A DNA stretch of 64,000 bases from Sedimentisphaerales bacterium (GTDB lineage: Bacteria; Planctomycetota; Phycisphaerae; Sedimentisphaerales; SM23-30). The DNA is taken from NCBI GenBank assembly GCA_963666285.1, contig OY762711.1; one strand, given 5' to 3'. A program made the position numbers and the translations under genes. Positions 30,740 to 42,200 of the stretch are shown one piece after another; within the stretch, counting starts at the first letter, position 1, and every line of letters starts with the position of its first letter. The notes below the pieces were generated by a model that did not search any database, was not told the DNA's origin, and saw only the letters and a program-made list of their open reading frames with translations.

Positions 30740-31065
30740 CTAGGCAAGGGCCAATAATAATTACTTGAGAAATCCAGGGTATTTTCTACTCTTTTGCTTG
30801 TGAAAAACAACCATAATACGATGAAATAGCCACATACATCTTAACGCCCATTACACATTCGGACTTCAAAGCCTGTCTTCTGATATTGTTTATTCTTGTC
30901 TAAATCTCATTATTTTCATACATTCAAAAATGTAGCAGATTTTGCACTCGACATGCTGAAAATGCACGACATGTTGATTAAGCCTGAATGATATTAGTTA
31001 TTTTGCGACAAGGATTTAAGGCTAAAATACTGGTAAGTAAAAACTTACAAAAACACCTCTGTTGG

Positions 31066-31213
31066 TCATAATCCGGAGGTCATAGGTTCGAATCCTATTT
31101 CCGCTATTCGACGTAAGTAACTAAGGAACAAGAAGTTAACTTGTTCTTTTTTTATACGCAAACCGGCCAGTTCACCCGCCAGGCGTGTCTCAGGCTTGCC
31201 TGGACGTGCCGAT
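31066..31213 (+). repeat. att-like junction 3
   Basis: TCATAATCCGGAGGTCATAGGTTCGAATCCTATTTCCGCTA followed by the same terminator and arm. Confidence 0.92.
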
Positions 31214-31284
31214 TAAATTGCGTTTTTTGAGAAAAATATCAATATTCCTGTTTGAAGGTCAAATATTTACGTATCTGCTTTTTA

Positions 31285-32731
31285 GGTAGTGTCAAGAATC
31301 TTTCGCACATTTATTAGAGTATCCTTCATCCGGTCTTTTCCCGGTTCTGGATGCCCCCCTAGGGGGGCGGCGAGTTATCGGTCGCTAGCCAGTTTTTTTA
31401 TTCATTTTTTGCTCCTTCTCAAGATCGTATAAATGCTCCATATTCAGATATCTTTTAGTACTCCATTTTGTTCCTGCTATATGTCTTAGCCGGGCAGTGG
31501 CTAACATCAAAGCACTATGACCGTCTGGAAAACTACCAACAACTCGGGTACGTCGCCGAATCTCTTTCATTATACGTTCCAGACCATTATTGGTTCTCAG
31601 TCTGCTCCAATGCTCATCAGGGAAGTTATAATAGCTCATAGTCTCCATGTAACCTTCTTCTACAACTTTGGCAGCTTCTTTCAATTTCATAGAGAGAAGT
31701 TTTTCAATTACCTGCCTGGCTTTTTCCTCTGCTGCTTTCTTGTCTTCCTGAGCATGGATAGCTTTAAGCATAGCCGCTACCTCACGAACCTTCTGACGTG
31801 GAACTTTGCTAAAAACATTACGATACCAATGTACTGTACATCTTTGCCATAGCGAGTCTGGGTAGTATTGCTCAAGAGACTCTACCAGCCCCATGCACTT
31901 ATCTGTAACAAACAACCTTACATCTTTAAGCCCTCTGGATTTCAAATGCCTGAGAAATTGCCCCCATCCTTCCTTGTCTTCTTTGGGACCTTCCCAGCTG
32001 CCTAATACCTCTCGGTAACCGTCCTGATCGACTGCTATTGCGACCAGGACTGAAACATTGCGAACCTCTCCAGCCCAGCTTCTTTTTAGAACTATCCCAT
32101 CCAGGTAAACATAAGGGTAATTGCCTTTAAGCTCTCGATTACGCCATTGTTCTATCTGACTGTAAACCTTCTTGTTGAGATTGCTGATTGTGCCGGGACT
32201 TACCTTTGTTCCCCATAACGTCTGAGTGATATCTTCAACCCTGCGAACAGAAACGCCTGCAAGATACATTTCTATTAGAGATTCCTCTACGGATGATTCA
32301 CGACGCTTATAACGCTCAATTATGGCTGTCTCGAATGTGGTCTTACGCAACTTGGGCATCTTCAAATTGACTTCACCGGCTTGAGTTTGCAACTTACGAT
32401 CATAGAAACCTGCTCTGGTATCTTTACGAGCTTCGCTACGCTCATATCGTGCAGCATTACAAAGCTGGTCAGCCTCGGCATCAAGCATGGTATTCAACGT
32501 ATCCTCAACGGTGGTACGTACTAGATCTCCAAGCTCATGCTTTACCCGTGCCTCATCAATTTTTATGACATTATTCAAGTTCTTGTCATTTCCGGTCGAT
32601 TGCTCTAACTGTTTCATTTGAAGTCCTTTCTTCTGGTTAATAATAATTTGTTCGTTACATTACTATCGACCGGATGAAGGACTTCTTTTATCACGTCCAA
32701 TAAAATTGTGCGAAAAATATTATACGTTATC
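31285..32731 (-). mobile_element. IS256-family insertion sequence, copy 1 (1447 bp)
   Basis: Imperfect terminal IRs ending TTTCGCACA; 8-bp TSD GCTTTTTA at 31277-31284 and 32732-32739. Confidence 0.95.
31385..32617 (-). CDS. IS256-family (Mutator) transposase
   Basis: YLAGVSVRRV, YVYLDG, QRCTVH, RTNNGLER..KEIRRRTRVVGSFP. Confidence 0.95.
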   Translation of the reverse strand: MKQLEQSTGNDKNLNNVIKIDEARVKHELGDLVRTTVEDTLNTMLDAEADQLCNAARYERSEARKDTRAGFYDRKLQTQAGEVNLKMPKLRKTTFETAIIERYKRRESSVEESLIEMYLAGVSVRRVEDITQTLWGTKVSPGTISNLNKKVYSQIEQWRNRELKGNYPYVYLDGIVLKRSWAGEVRNVSVLVAIAVDQDGYREVLGSWEGPKEDKEGWGQFLRHLKSRGLKDVRLFVTDKCMGLVESLEQYYPDSLWQRCTVHWYRNVFSKVPRQKVREVAAMLKAIHAQEDKKAAEEKARQVIEKLLSMKLKEAAKVVEEGYMETMSYYNFPDEHWSRLRTNNGLERIMKEIRRRTRVVGSFPDGHSALMLATARLRHIAGTKWSTKRYLNMEHLYDLEKEQKMNKKTG

Positions 32732-32774
32732 GCTTTTTAACCACACGAATGAAAATAAACTATTCTGATTGGTT

Positions 32775-32934
32775 CATTATTTTGGAAGTCAGCTTGCAAT
32801 GAAGGGCGAAAGTGTGTATAAAGGGTAACTCACCTGAAATATGCCGAAGGCATTATACCACCCTAATGCCAGAGAGCTTATTTGAGAGCGTTGATTTTGG
32901 CAACAACCAAAATCAATGGTCTAAAATCGGATGA
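32775..32934 (+). pseudogene. tyrosine recombinase/integrase C-terminal remnant
   Basis: HYFGSQLAMKGESVYK-(frameshifting deletion)-GNSPEICRRHYTTLMPESLFESVDF; homologous to 26249-26380. Confidence 0.8.
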
Positions 32935-32947
32935 GTAATGCTGACAC

Positions 32948-34441
32948 TTATATATCACATACATAAATGTCACAAAAGTATTTATCTAACTCAGCTTCCA
33001 ACGCCAATGAAGGTTTGTTTTTTTTATGTAGGCTATATATTTCCTTTGATAGTGTAGTAACATAATCAAGCTGATGTGCCTTAGGTTGAACTATCGGTAT
33101 CTTTTTAATATAATTTGCTGAATTATTCGCACTGGGATTAATAGTTCTAATTAAACTGTTACATATCTCAGAATTAAAAAACGCAAGAAGATAAAATAAA
33201 TACTCTTCGTCATGAGGGAATATACCAACTATTGACTGATCAAAAAGCCTATTTTCAATTAATGCTCCAGTTATCTTTGATGAAGATACCATCGGAACAC
33301 CAACTCCATCCTTGAAATAATACTGTGAATTTTGAAATCTAGCTTTCTTGTCTTTTTTGTAAAACTCAACCGTTTCTTTCTGCCAATTCATAAACCAATT
33401 GGTTGGCTTATAATAACTATGGTTACCACCTTTCATGATTGGTACAAGATAGCCATCGCCTTCTACGCCAGCAAGAGGGACATCACTAGACATAAAAATA
33501 TTATTCTCATTTGCTAGTTCATATTTTTTTGCACCTCTTATATCCTTACTGATAACCTTCAAAAACATCTTATCATTACCTGAGTAAAAACCAGTAACGC
33601 AATCAGCAATATCAGCAATTTTTCTTTCTGACTTATTTATCATCAAAGTTAACTGGTCATCTTTAGAAATAAATAAAGCATGGTCAATATTATCTTTCAT
33701 ATCTTTTTGCAATATTTTCACATCAGCAATATTTTCACAATTCAATTGGTCTACAGTAGAGAAATTATTGTAAATAGAGATAATATTATTATCTCTTATA
33801 TACTTATCTGCGCACTTAACTAATTTGACAATACAAAGATTAGAGTATCCAAAATTTACATTTGGGAAAAAACTTGAAGGAAACAATGATATATTTACAA
33901 TTTTTGTGTTATCAAGTATGAACTTTCTTAATTTTGTATGCATATGCAAATTTAAAAATGTATCTGGAATAATAAATACTAAAACACCTTCATCTTTCAA
34001 TAGCTGAATTGCACGTTTCAAAAATAATGCATAGGTCTCTTTTACATAATAACCAGGATAATACTCTTTAAGTAAGTTACGCTTTTCATAATCCTGCCAT
34101 GCGCCATAAGGAGGATTAGCAATGATTCGATCATATAAACTTAAACTTGAAGAAAATAAATCACTATGTGTTTCAGTCAACGTATCTTTTTTCTCAACAT
34201 TAACAAAAGAATTCTCCCTAAACTTTTCATTTAATATCTGAATTGAGTCTGGATTAATATCAAAAGCATCTATGGTAATATCTTTATAATTCAATAAGGG
34301 ATCAATAAAAACCCCATCGCCTGCAGCTGGTTCTAGATAGTCCAAACCATCTTGCGGTTCTAATAAGTCAATCATATAATTTACTATGTAACTTGAATGA
34401 GTATAATAAGATTGAAATTTTTTATCAACACATACTACCAT
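32948..34441 (-). CDS. N6-adenine DNA methyltransferase (gamma group, TaqI/Eco57I-like)
   Basis: Motif I LEPAAGDGVF precedes motif IV IIANPPY; C-terminal TRD-like region ending YIKKIPI. Confidence 0.9.
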   Translation of the reverse strand: MVVCVDKKFQSYYTHSSYIVNYMIDLLEPQDGLDYLEPAAGDGVFIDPLLNYKDITIDAFDINPDSIQILNEKFRENSFVNVEKKDTLTETHSDLFSSSLSLYDRIIANPPYGAWQDYEKRNLLKEYYPGYYVKETYALFLKRAIQLLKDEGVLVFIIPDTFLNLHMHTKLRKFILDNTKIVNISLFPSSFFPNVNFGYSNLCIVKLVKCADKYIRDNNIISIYNNFSTVDQLNCENIADVKILQKDMKDNIDHALFISKDDQLTLMINKSERKIADIADCVTGFYSGNDKMFLKVISKDIRGAKKYELANENNIFMSSDVPLAGVEGDGYLVPIMKGGNHSYYKPTNWFMNWQKETVEFYKKDKKARFQNSQYYFKDGVGVPMVSSSKITGALIENRLFDQSIVGIFPHDEEYLFYLLAFFNSEICNSLIRTINPSANNSANYIKKIPIVQPKAHQLDYVTTLSKEIYSLHKKNKPSLALEAELDKYFCDIYVCDI

Positions 34442-35361
34442 ATCAAATACTTCTCCATGTCATTTCTTCTTAGATAATCATAAAAGTCAACAGACAAATC
34501 ATCTGCCCAACATATATTCTTTTCTATCCAATCATGAATATCAAAACCAGTATAATCTTTAATCTTATTATACGAATCTATCCCACAATAAGCCTCCCAA
34601 ATTCTTGAGTCTTTAAGAGTTTGGAAATAATGATTATTAAGATCTTCTTCAGACCTAACTAATAAAACACATTTGTAATTTGACTCTAAGTTCTCATATA
34701 TTGAAGCAACTAAAAGAAGCCTATTTGTGTTCCCTTTCTCATTCGACCCAAAACCACTTTTGAAATCTACATTATATCTAAAGCTCGCATCTTGAAAATG
34801 ACAATCCAGTTCTAATTTAATTTCACCTGATGTAACTAAAGACCATACTTTTCCATAATATCTAAGCAACTCTGCTTTTTGCTCCTCGGTTAAGTTAAGT
34901 GATTGAATATAATCACTAATTTCATCTGCCATAGCCTTTTTTACATCAGCAAATAAAGGAGGGATATATAAAGAAATATCGCTAAGTGGATATTCAAAAC
35001 ATAACTTACAGAATGGTTCCCACAATTCCCCGATCCTACGAGAAAATGTCATATACTCATATGGCCATACTGCATTTCTAAATTCTAACATAGTGACATA
35101 TGATGTATATGTAGCTATTAGCATACTCTTTAATATATCATGATTATCCCATGACTCTTTTCTTGCTTTTTGAAAAAGCGTACTTATAAGTTGATTTTTT
35201 GTCTCAATCACTGTCTTATTTATGGCAGTAGCTCGTTTTCTGTATTGAGATTCACCATAAATTTCTTTTATATTCTGTAAAGATTCTGTTGTTCTATCTC
35301 GAAAATATTCTAATAAATCATTCTTATTACCACACAAAGCTTTATTAATTTCTATTTCCAT
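34435..35361 (-). CDS. putative type II restriction endonuclease (PD-(D/E)xK-like)
   Basis: Overlaps the MTase start; GELWE..., ELDCHF...VDFKSG candidate catalytic motif. Confidence 0.6.
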   Translation of the reverse strand: MEIEINKALCGNKNDLLEYFRDRTTESLQNIKEIYGESQYRKRATAINKTVIETKNQLISTLFQKARKESWDNHDILKSMLIATYTSYVTMLEFRNAVWPYEYMTFSRRIGELWEPFCKLCFEYPLSDISLYIPPLFADVKKAMADEISDYIQSLNLTEEQKAELLRYYGKVWSLVTSGEIKLELDCHFQDASFRYNVDFKSGFGSNEKGNTNRLLLVASIYENLESNYKCVLLVRSEEDLNNHYFQTLKDSRIWEAYCGIDSYNKIKDYTGFDIHDWIEKNICWADDLSVDFYDYLRRNDMEKYLIW

Positions 35362-35462
35362 GATTACTCCTTAAAGTCATTATATATAATAACTTCTAGA
35401 TATTATATTAAATATTAACTATTGTCAACCACCAACTTATTCAACACCAAAGTCATAAAAAC

Positions 35463-35899
35463 AACTCCCCCTGAGACTTACGAGAAAACCGAGGGAGTTA
35501 ATTTGGATGAAGCATAAATTTTTATTGTTTGGGTTGCCAATCAATTTACATTTCTGGAAAAGGATGCTTCAAAACACTCAGCTTCTTCTTTGAAAAACAT
35601 ATTATTTTTCAGTCCCAAAAGGACTGGTTGAAAGTACGTCAAAAACATCAAAATAACAATTCAGACACATTACTGAAAAAACACCAAAAACATGTAAATC
35701 TAGTGTGGAAATTCGGGCATATAGTTAACCAAAACGTGCAGGGCGACCTAGCGAGTCGATTTTGAAAATTGATGAAAATCGGTCAATAATTAGCGTTTTT
35801 TTAGCTGATTTTCGTAAATGAAATTGCTGTTTCCTCTCATTCTACGTAGCGGAAACCTGGATTTCGCACTTTTCAGGATTAGCAATTCACGTTTCGTAC
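35463..35899 (+). repeat. island-specific non-coding repeat family B, longest copy
   Basis: Matches 27277-27507; 35853-35898 matches 43942-43988. Confidence 0.88.
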
Positions 35900-36253
35900 C
35901 CCCCCACCCCTAAAAGTCGCTAGGTGGGGTCTTCTTTCTTCGCATTAAATGCCTCACACAGATAGGATCAATCCTAGCATCAACAATATATGTTGTAGAA
36001 GCTTTCACATCATTTGTAATATTATCTAACCTTATTCCAGAACCATAATCAAACTGCAACCCAAAAGACACTTTTAAAAAAATAAAAAAGAAATAAAGTG
36101 AAAATTAATTATTTTTCTTAGTTTCATTGAAAATCTCCTTGCTATGTACACTAAATATACATTATTTCAACCGTTAAACATGTAAAATTGTATTGCTTCA
36201 GTTGGAATTGGACATTTCCTGAATTATTGTTAGTATAGTCTAGCAGAAAGGAA

Positions 36254-36577
36254 ATGTACATGGCAAAGCGTAAGAATTATTCAGCAGAAGAGAAGGTAAA
36301 GTTACTCAAAGAGCATTTGGTTGATAACGTTCCGGTGTCAGAGATATGCGAGCGAATCGGTCTAAATCCTAATGTATTTTACAATTGGCAGAAGCAGTTT
36401 TTTGAAAATGGAGCTGCGGCATTTACAAAACAGGCCAAGAGCCGAAAAGTTCCTTATGATAAACGATTAGAGCGTCAAAATGCACAACTTCAGGCAAAGA
36501 TAACTCAAAAGGATGAAGTAATTGCCGAGATTATGGAGTCACATATCAAGCTAAAAAAAAGTCTTGGCGAGGACTAA
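36254..36577 (+). CDS. IS3 transposase OrfA
   Basis: HTH_Tnp_1-like RKNYSAEEKV..VSEICE..GL.PN.FYNWQKQF; A8 slippery run at 36553-36560. Confidence 0.9.
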   Translation: MYMAKRKNYSAEEKVKLLKEHLVDNVPVSEICERIGLNPNVFYNWQKQFFENGAAAFTKQAKSRKVPYDKRLERQNAQLQAKITQKDEVIAEIMESHIKLKKSLGED

Positions 36578-37462
36578 ATGGTTCCTGGGCTGAACCTGAT
36601 GTTCGTGATCAGGTAGTTGACTATGTAGGCTACTGGACCAACCGAACTGAAATTGTTGCCAAGGTCATGATAAAGTGGCTGGGCATATCCCGCAGTAAAT
36701 ATTATAACTGGAAGAAGCGATACGGCATGGAAAACGAGCATAATGGTCTGATACCGAGAGATTTCTGGCTGACCGAAGCCGAGAGACAGACGATAATAGA
36801 TTATTTCCGCCGATATTCGAAAGAAGGTTATCGCAGATTGTGTTATATGATGATGGATGCCGATATTGTAGCAGTAAGTCCTTCCAGCGTATATCGGGTA
36901 TTGAAAGATGCCGGGTATATGGACAGGTGGAACCGTAAAGCCAGCAAGAAAGGCACCGGTTTTGTTCAGCCGATACAGGCTCATGACCATTGGCATATAG
37001 ACATATCTTACCTCAATATTTGCGGCACGTTTTACTACATGTGCAGTATTCTGGACGGCTACAGCCGTTATATTGTTCACTGGGAGATCCGTGAAGCAAT
37101 GAAAGAATACGATGTAGAGATAATTTTGCAGAAAGCCAGGGAGAAGTTCCCGGATGAAAACCCTAGGATTATCTCTGACAATGGACCGCAGTTTATATCG
37201 AAAGACTTCAAGGAATATATCAGGCTCAGCGGCATGACACATGTAAGAACCTCGCCGTATTATCCACAGAGTAATGGTAAGTTGGAAAGGTATCATAAAA
37301 CTATCAAAAGTACCTGTATTAGACCAAAAACGCCGTTATCTCTGGAAGATGGTCGGCGTCTGGTAACAGACTTTGTTGACCATTATAATAATAAACGGTT
37401 GCATAGTGCGATAGGTTATATTACTCCGATTGATAAGCTTGAGGGTAGAGCCGAGGCGATCC

Positions 37463-38909
37463 GATAACGTATAATATTTTTCGCACAATTTTATTGGACG
37501 TGATAAAAGAAGTCCTTCATCCGGTCGATAGTAATGTAACGAACAAATTATTATTAACCAGAAGAAAGGACTTCAAATGAAACAGTTAGAGCAATCGACC
37601 GGAAATGACAAGAACTTGAATAATGTCATAAAAATTGATGAGGCACGGGTAAAGCATGAGCTTGGAGATCTAGTACGTACCACCGTTGAGGATACGTTGA
37701 ATACCATGCTTGATGCCGAGGCTGACCAGCTTTGTAATGCTGCACGATATGAGCGTAGCGAAGCTCGTAAAGATACCAGAGCAGGTTTCTATGATCGTAA
37801 GTTGCAAACTCAAGCCGGTGAAGTCAATTTGAAGATGCCCAAGTTGCGTAAGACCACATTCGAGACAGCCATAATTGAGCGTTATAAGCGTCGTGAATCA
37901 TCCGTAGAGGAATCTCTAATAGAAATGTATCTTGCAGGCGTTTCTGTTCGCAGGGTTGAAGATATCACTCAGACGTTATGGGGAACAAAGGTAAGTCCCG
38001 GCACAATCAGCAATCTCAACAAGAAGGTTTACAGTCAGATAGAACAATGGCGTAATCGAGAGCTTAAAGGCAATTACCCTTATGTTTACCTGGATGGGAT
38101 AGTTCTAAAAAGAAGCTGGGCTGGAGAGGTTCGCAATGTTTCAGTCCTGGTCGCAATAGCAGTCGATCAGGACGGTTACCGAGAGGTATTAGGCAGCTGG
38201 GAAGGTCCCAAAGAAGACAAGGAAGGATGGGGGCAATTTCTCAGGCATTTGAAATCCAGAGGGCTTAAAGATGTAAGGTTGTTTGTTACAGATAAGTGCA
38301 TGGGGCTGGTAGAGTCTCTTGAGCAATACTACCCAGACTCGCTATGGCAAAGATGTACAGTACATTGGTATCGTAATGTTTTTAGCAAAGTTCCACGTCA
38401 GAAGGTTCGTGAGGTAGCGGCTATGCTTAAAGCTATCCATGCTCAGGAAGACAAGAAAGCAGCAGAGGAAAAAGCCAGGCAGGTAATTGAAAAACTTCTC
38501 TCTATGAAATTGAAAGAAGCTGCCAAAGTTGTAGAAGAAGGTTACATGGAGACTATGAGCTATTATAACTTCCCTGATGAGCATTGGAGCAGACTGAGAA
38601 CCAATAATGGTCTGGAACGTATAATGAAAGAGATTCGGCGACGTACCCGAGTTGTTGGTAGTTTTCCAGACGGTCATAGTGCTTTGATGTTAGCCACTGC
38701 CCGGCTAAGACATATAGCAGGAACAAAATGGAGTACTAAAAGATATCTGAATATGGAGCATTTATACGATCTTGAGAAGGAGCAAAAAATGAATAAAAAA
38801 ACTGGCTAGCGACCGATAACTCGCCGCCCCCCTAGGGGGGCATCCAGAACCGGGAAAAGACCGGATGAAGGATACTCTAATAAATGTGCGAAAGATTCTT
38901 GACACTACC
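37463..38909 (+). mobile_element. IS256-family insertion sequence, copy 2 (1447 bp)
   Basis: Reverse complement of copy 1; 8-bp TSD GGCGATCC at 37455-37462 and 38910-38917. Confidence 0.95.
37577..38809 (+). CDS. IS256-family transposase
   Basis: Protein identical to 31385..32617. Confidence 0.95.
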   Translation: MKQLEQSTGNDKNLNNVIKIDEARVKHELGDLVRTTVEDTLNTMLDAEADQLCNAARYERSEARKDTRAGFYDRKLQTQAGEVNLKMPKLRKTTFETAIIERYKRRESSVEESLIEMYLAGVSVRRVEDITQTLWGTKVSPGTISNLNKKVYSQIEQWRNRELKGNYPYVYLDGIVLKRSWAGEVRNVSVLVAIAVDQDGYREVLGSWEGPKEDKEGWGQFLRHLKSRGLKDVRLFVTDKCMGLVESLEQYYPDSLWQRCTVHWYRNVFSKVPRQKVREVAAMLKAIHAQEDKKAAEEKARQVIEKLLSMKLKEAAKVVEEGYMETMSYYNFPDEHWSRLRTNNGLERIMKEIRRRTRVVGSFPDGHSALMLATARLRHIAGTKWSTKRYLNMEHLYDLEKEQKMNKKTG

Positions 38910-39277
38910 GGCGATCCATGCCGAACGTGACAGGAAGCTGGAAGCAGCCAGAGCAGCCCGAAAACAGAAACGGAAATCAGCTTGACAGTTTGAATGATGT
39001 AATTGATAATGCATTTGTCCGGCGAAACGGAAGCAGGCTCTGCAGAGGTGCAACCTGCCAGGGATAGCCGGAACTGAGCGACGAATTGTCGTTATGGTGG
39101 TGGTTGCACGCTGCCACCATTTTCAAAGATCATTCAGAGCTTTGTAATGCCTTAAAAAACCTGTAAAATAAAGCCTTGCCGAAGGCAAAACATGTTGTTA
39201 AAATCAAGACGTAAAGTCTATTAAATTGGAAACGGATTTGTCCAGTTCACGCTGAACCAGTACAAAATAGTTTAATA

Positions 39278-42200
39278 TTATTCAAGCCAGCTATCTACAA
39301 ATATCAGGAAATCTTCCATATCGGTCGAACCTGAAACATTGAAGTCTGTCTGGCCACAGTAATATATACTTGCACAATCAGAACATAGCCACATGGAAGC
39401 TATTGCCCCTAAGTCCAAGATATTAATATTGCTATCCCCATTAATATCTGGTGAGAATGAATCAGGTTCCCAAATAAATCTCGGATAGTAATTTTCGGTA
39501 AGCTTCCACCCCTCGCCATCACCATCAGTATCGCCAATATCCCAACCGGCAAAGGTAGAAGCATCCATCATTTCGGCTGTGTTCTTGCCAACTGCGCCAT
39601 AGTTATCATCTCCAGATAATCCTATACCTGAAACCTCAACATCCCAGAAACAATCAGAAATATTTGCTTCAGTTGTTTCCAATACACCAATATCACCTAC
39701 TATACTAATTGAGCTTGTACCAGCACTGCTGGAAACATAGTTATAACCAACCAAACCACCTACATGAATATACTCTGGAGCCCCGGTTTTAGTAGCTGTT
39801 ACCCGGCAACCAGAAAAACAGCCTAAGATTCGACTATCTCTATTATAACCTACCAAGCCACCAATATAATCATAACCTTTTATATAACCCAAAGCATAAC
39901 AACAAATAATGCTACCGTCATAATTTCTTCCTACTAGGCCACCTATTTTTTCATCTCCTGTCACAGAGCCAGTGGAGAAACTATTACTGATAGCTCCACT
40001 GTTTACCCCAACTAGGCCGCCAGAATCATCGCCGATAGCTGTTACTGAACCTATGGCATAACAGCTACTGACAATACTATCATGATCATTATATCCTACT
40101 AAGCCGCCTAAACAACTTTCTCCAGTAACTGAGCCAGTAGCATAACAAAGATTAACACTACCAATATTTTGACCTACTAGGCCGCCAGTGTACCACCCCT
40201 CACCAGTTATACTACCAGAGGCATGACAGTTGCTTATTTCTCCATTATTACATCCCACCAAGCCGCCGACATGACCACCAGTCCCTGTAACTGAGCCGGT
40301 GGCATAACAAAGATTAACACTACCAATATTTTGACCTACTAGGCCGCCAGTGTACCACCCCTCACCAGTTATACTACCAGAGGCATGACAGTTGCTTATT
40401 TCTCCATTATTACATCCCACCAAGCCGCCGACATGACCACCAGTCCCTGTAACTGAGCCGGTGGCATAACAGTTACTAATACTAGCAACAATAAGATCAT
40501 ATACACTGACGTTTCCTACCAGACCACCTGCGACACCTCCACCTCCGGTTACTTGGCCGGTAGCATAACTGTCAGTAATGCTTACAACATTGTTGGCACC
40601 ACAACTACAATCTCCAGCCAAGCCACCTGCGCTATATCCGGTTACTTGGCCGGTAGCATAACAATTACTAATACTAAAAACACTGCTGCTTTCATTTATA
40701 AAACAACCTCCAACCAGACCGCCAGTATAAGATCCGGTTACTTGGCCAGTAGCATAACAGCTACCAATACTAATAACACCACTTTCATTATATATACGAC
40801 AATATCCAACAAGACCACCTGCGACACCTCCGGTTACTTGGCCGGTAGCATAACAATTACTAATAATAACACTGCTGTTGTATCTTGTATAACAATATCC
40901 AACTAAGCCACCTGTATCATTATCTCCTGAAATCAATTCCGTGGCATAGCAGTTACTAATGCTTACAGCACTTCTGTCACTATTTGTACAACAATATCCA
41001 ACCAGGCCACCTGTACCATTATCTCCTGAAATCAATCCGGTGGCATAGCAGTTACTAATGCTTACAGTATTACTGTCACCTTTTGCACAACAATATCCAA
41101 CCAAGCCGCCTGCATAACAGCCAGAGCATGTAATATCAATATTTTCTAATCCCAGATTTCTAATAATGGCGGTTTTCTCTATATAGCCAAATAAACCACA
41201 ATAATCCTGACCATCAATTTTTAGGTTGCTTATCTTATGGAAATTCCCATCAAATAAGCCAGAAAACTCTACACCATAAAAATAACTGCCATCTTTCGTA
41301 TTTGGCGATATAACAGCCGAATCAAAAATATAGCCATCCATATCAATATCTTGCATAAGAATAAAATGACTATTATAGAGTTCAGGTAAATTGTGCAATG
41401 CACAAAGCTGCTGCGATGTTGATATCTGGAATGGGTCTTCTGCTGTCCCATCGTTGTTACTTGCATATCCGCTTATCTCAAAATAATAAGCAAGGTTATT
41501 CGGATCATTACTTGCTATGATTACCCGGTCCTGATAAAATCCAAAATCGTCAGTACCTATATCCAGAGTAACATCAAAGGTTGTATAGCCACCAGGAGCA
41601 ACGACACTATCTGGCAAATAGGAAATACTAAACTCAGAATCAGAGGCAAGCTGAACTGAAACCTCTAATGGAATATTACCATCATTTTTAATTACAAATT
41701 CTTTTGTAATTATACCATTGAATGTTGAGAAATCAGTATTATCATATACTGATGGAGTATCATCTTTATTTGCAATAACCTGATCATTACCCAATACACT
41801 TATTTTTGCTTTTGCATCAACATAAAAATCTATATTATACAAATTTGCAGTATTATAACCGGAACTCATCCCTAGAGATATTGCCTGATCCTGGGCCTCA
41901 ATCGAACCTTGATCTTCAATATAAACATAATAATTTCTATTTCCTGGTACTTGGGAAAATGAATATATACCGTTATTGTCCGATGTCACAGTGTCAATAA
42001 CTTCAAATTGATCTGTTCCAATAATTTTATTACCAATATTTATAGTGACACCTCCTGCAGGAGTACCTTCCAAATCATAAATTCTGCCACTAACTATTTC
42101 CCCTGTTCCTATGTGGTAGATATTATAAACACATTTATGCACAATATTACTTGCATACAAGTCTGTATATATATTTGGAAGATTATACCATAGGTTATAT

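Larger units (their letters stand above)
36574..38985 (+). pseudogene. IS3 transposase OrfB (rve/DDE), split by IS256
   Basis: WHIDISY, ISDNGPQF, QSNGKLER; frame resumes after IS256 as HAERDRKLEAARAARKQKRKSA*. Confidence 0.88.
36189..39264 (+). mobile_element. IS3-family insertion sequence disrupted by IS256
   Basis: IRs TGTATTGCTTCAGTTGGAATTGGACA and (reverse complement) TGTACTGGTTCAGCGTGAACTGGACA; 4-bp TSD AAAT at 36185-36188 and 39265-39268. Confidence 0.92.

Noticed and set aside
35529..35765. ORFs 35529..35765, 43684..43869, 25222..25434 and 15463..15660
   Set aside because: Translations of non-coding repeats or junctions; frames are not conserved between copies
31285..38909. IS256 composite transposon that arrived as one unit
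   Set aside because: Each copy has its own matched TSD (GCTTTTTA; GGCGATCC), showing independent insertions
39900..41120. Diversity-generating retroelement acting on the GLUG repeats
   Set aside because: No reverse transcriptase, and no template/variable pair with adenine-specific differences was seen
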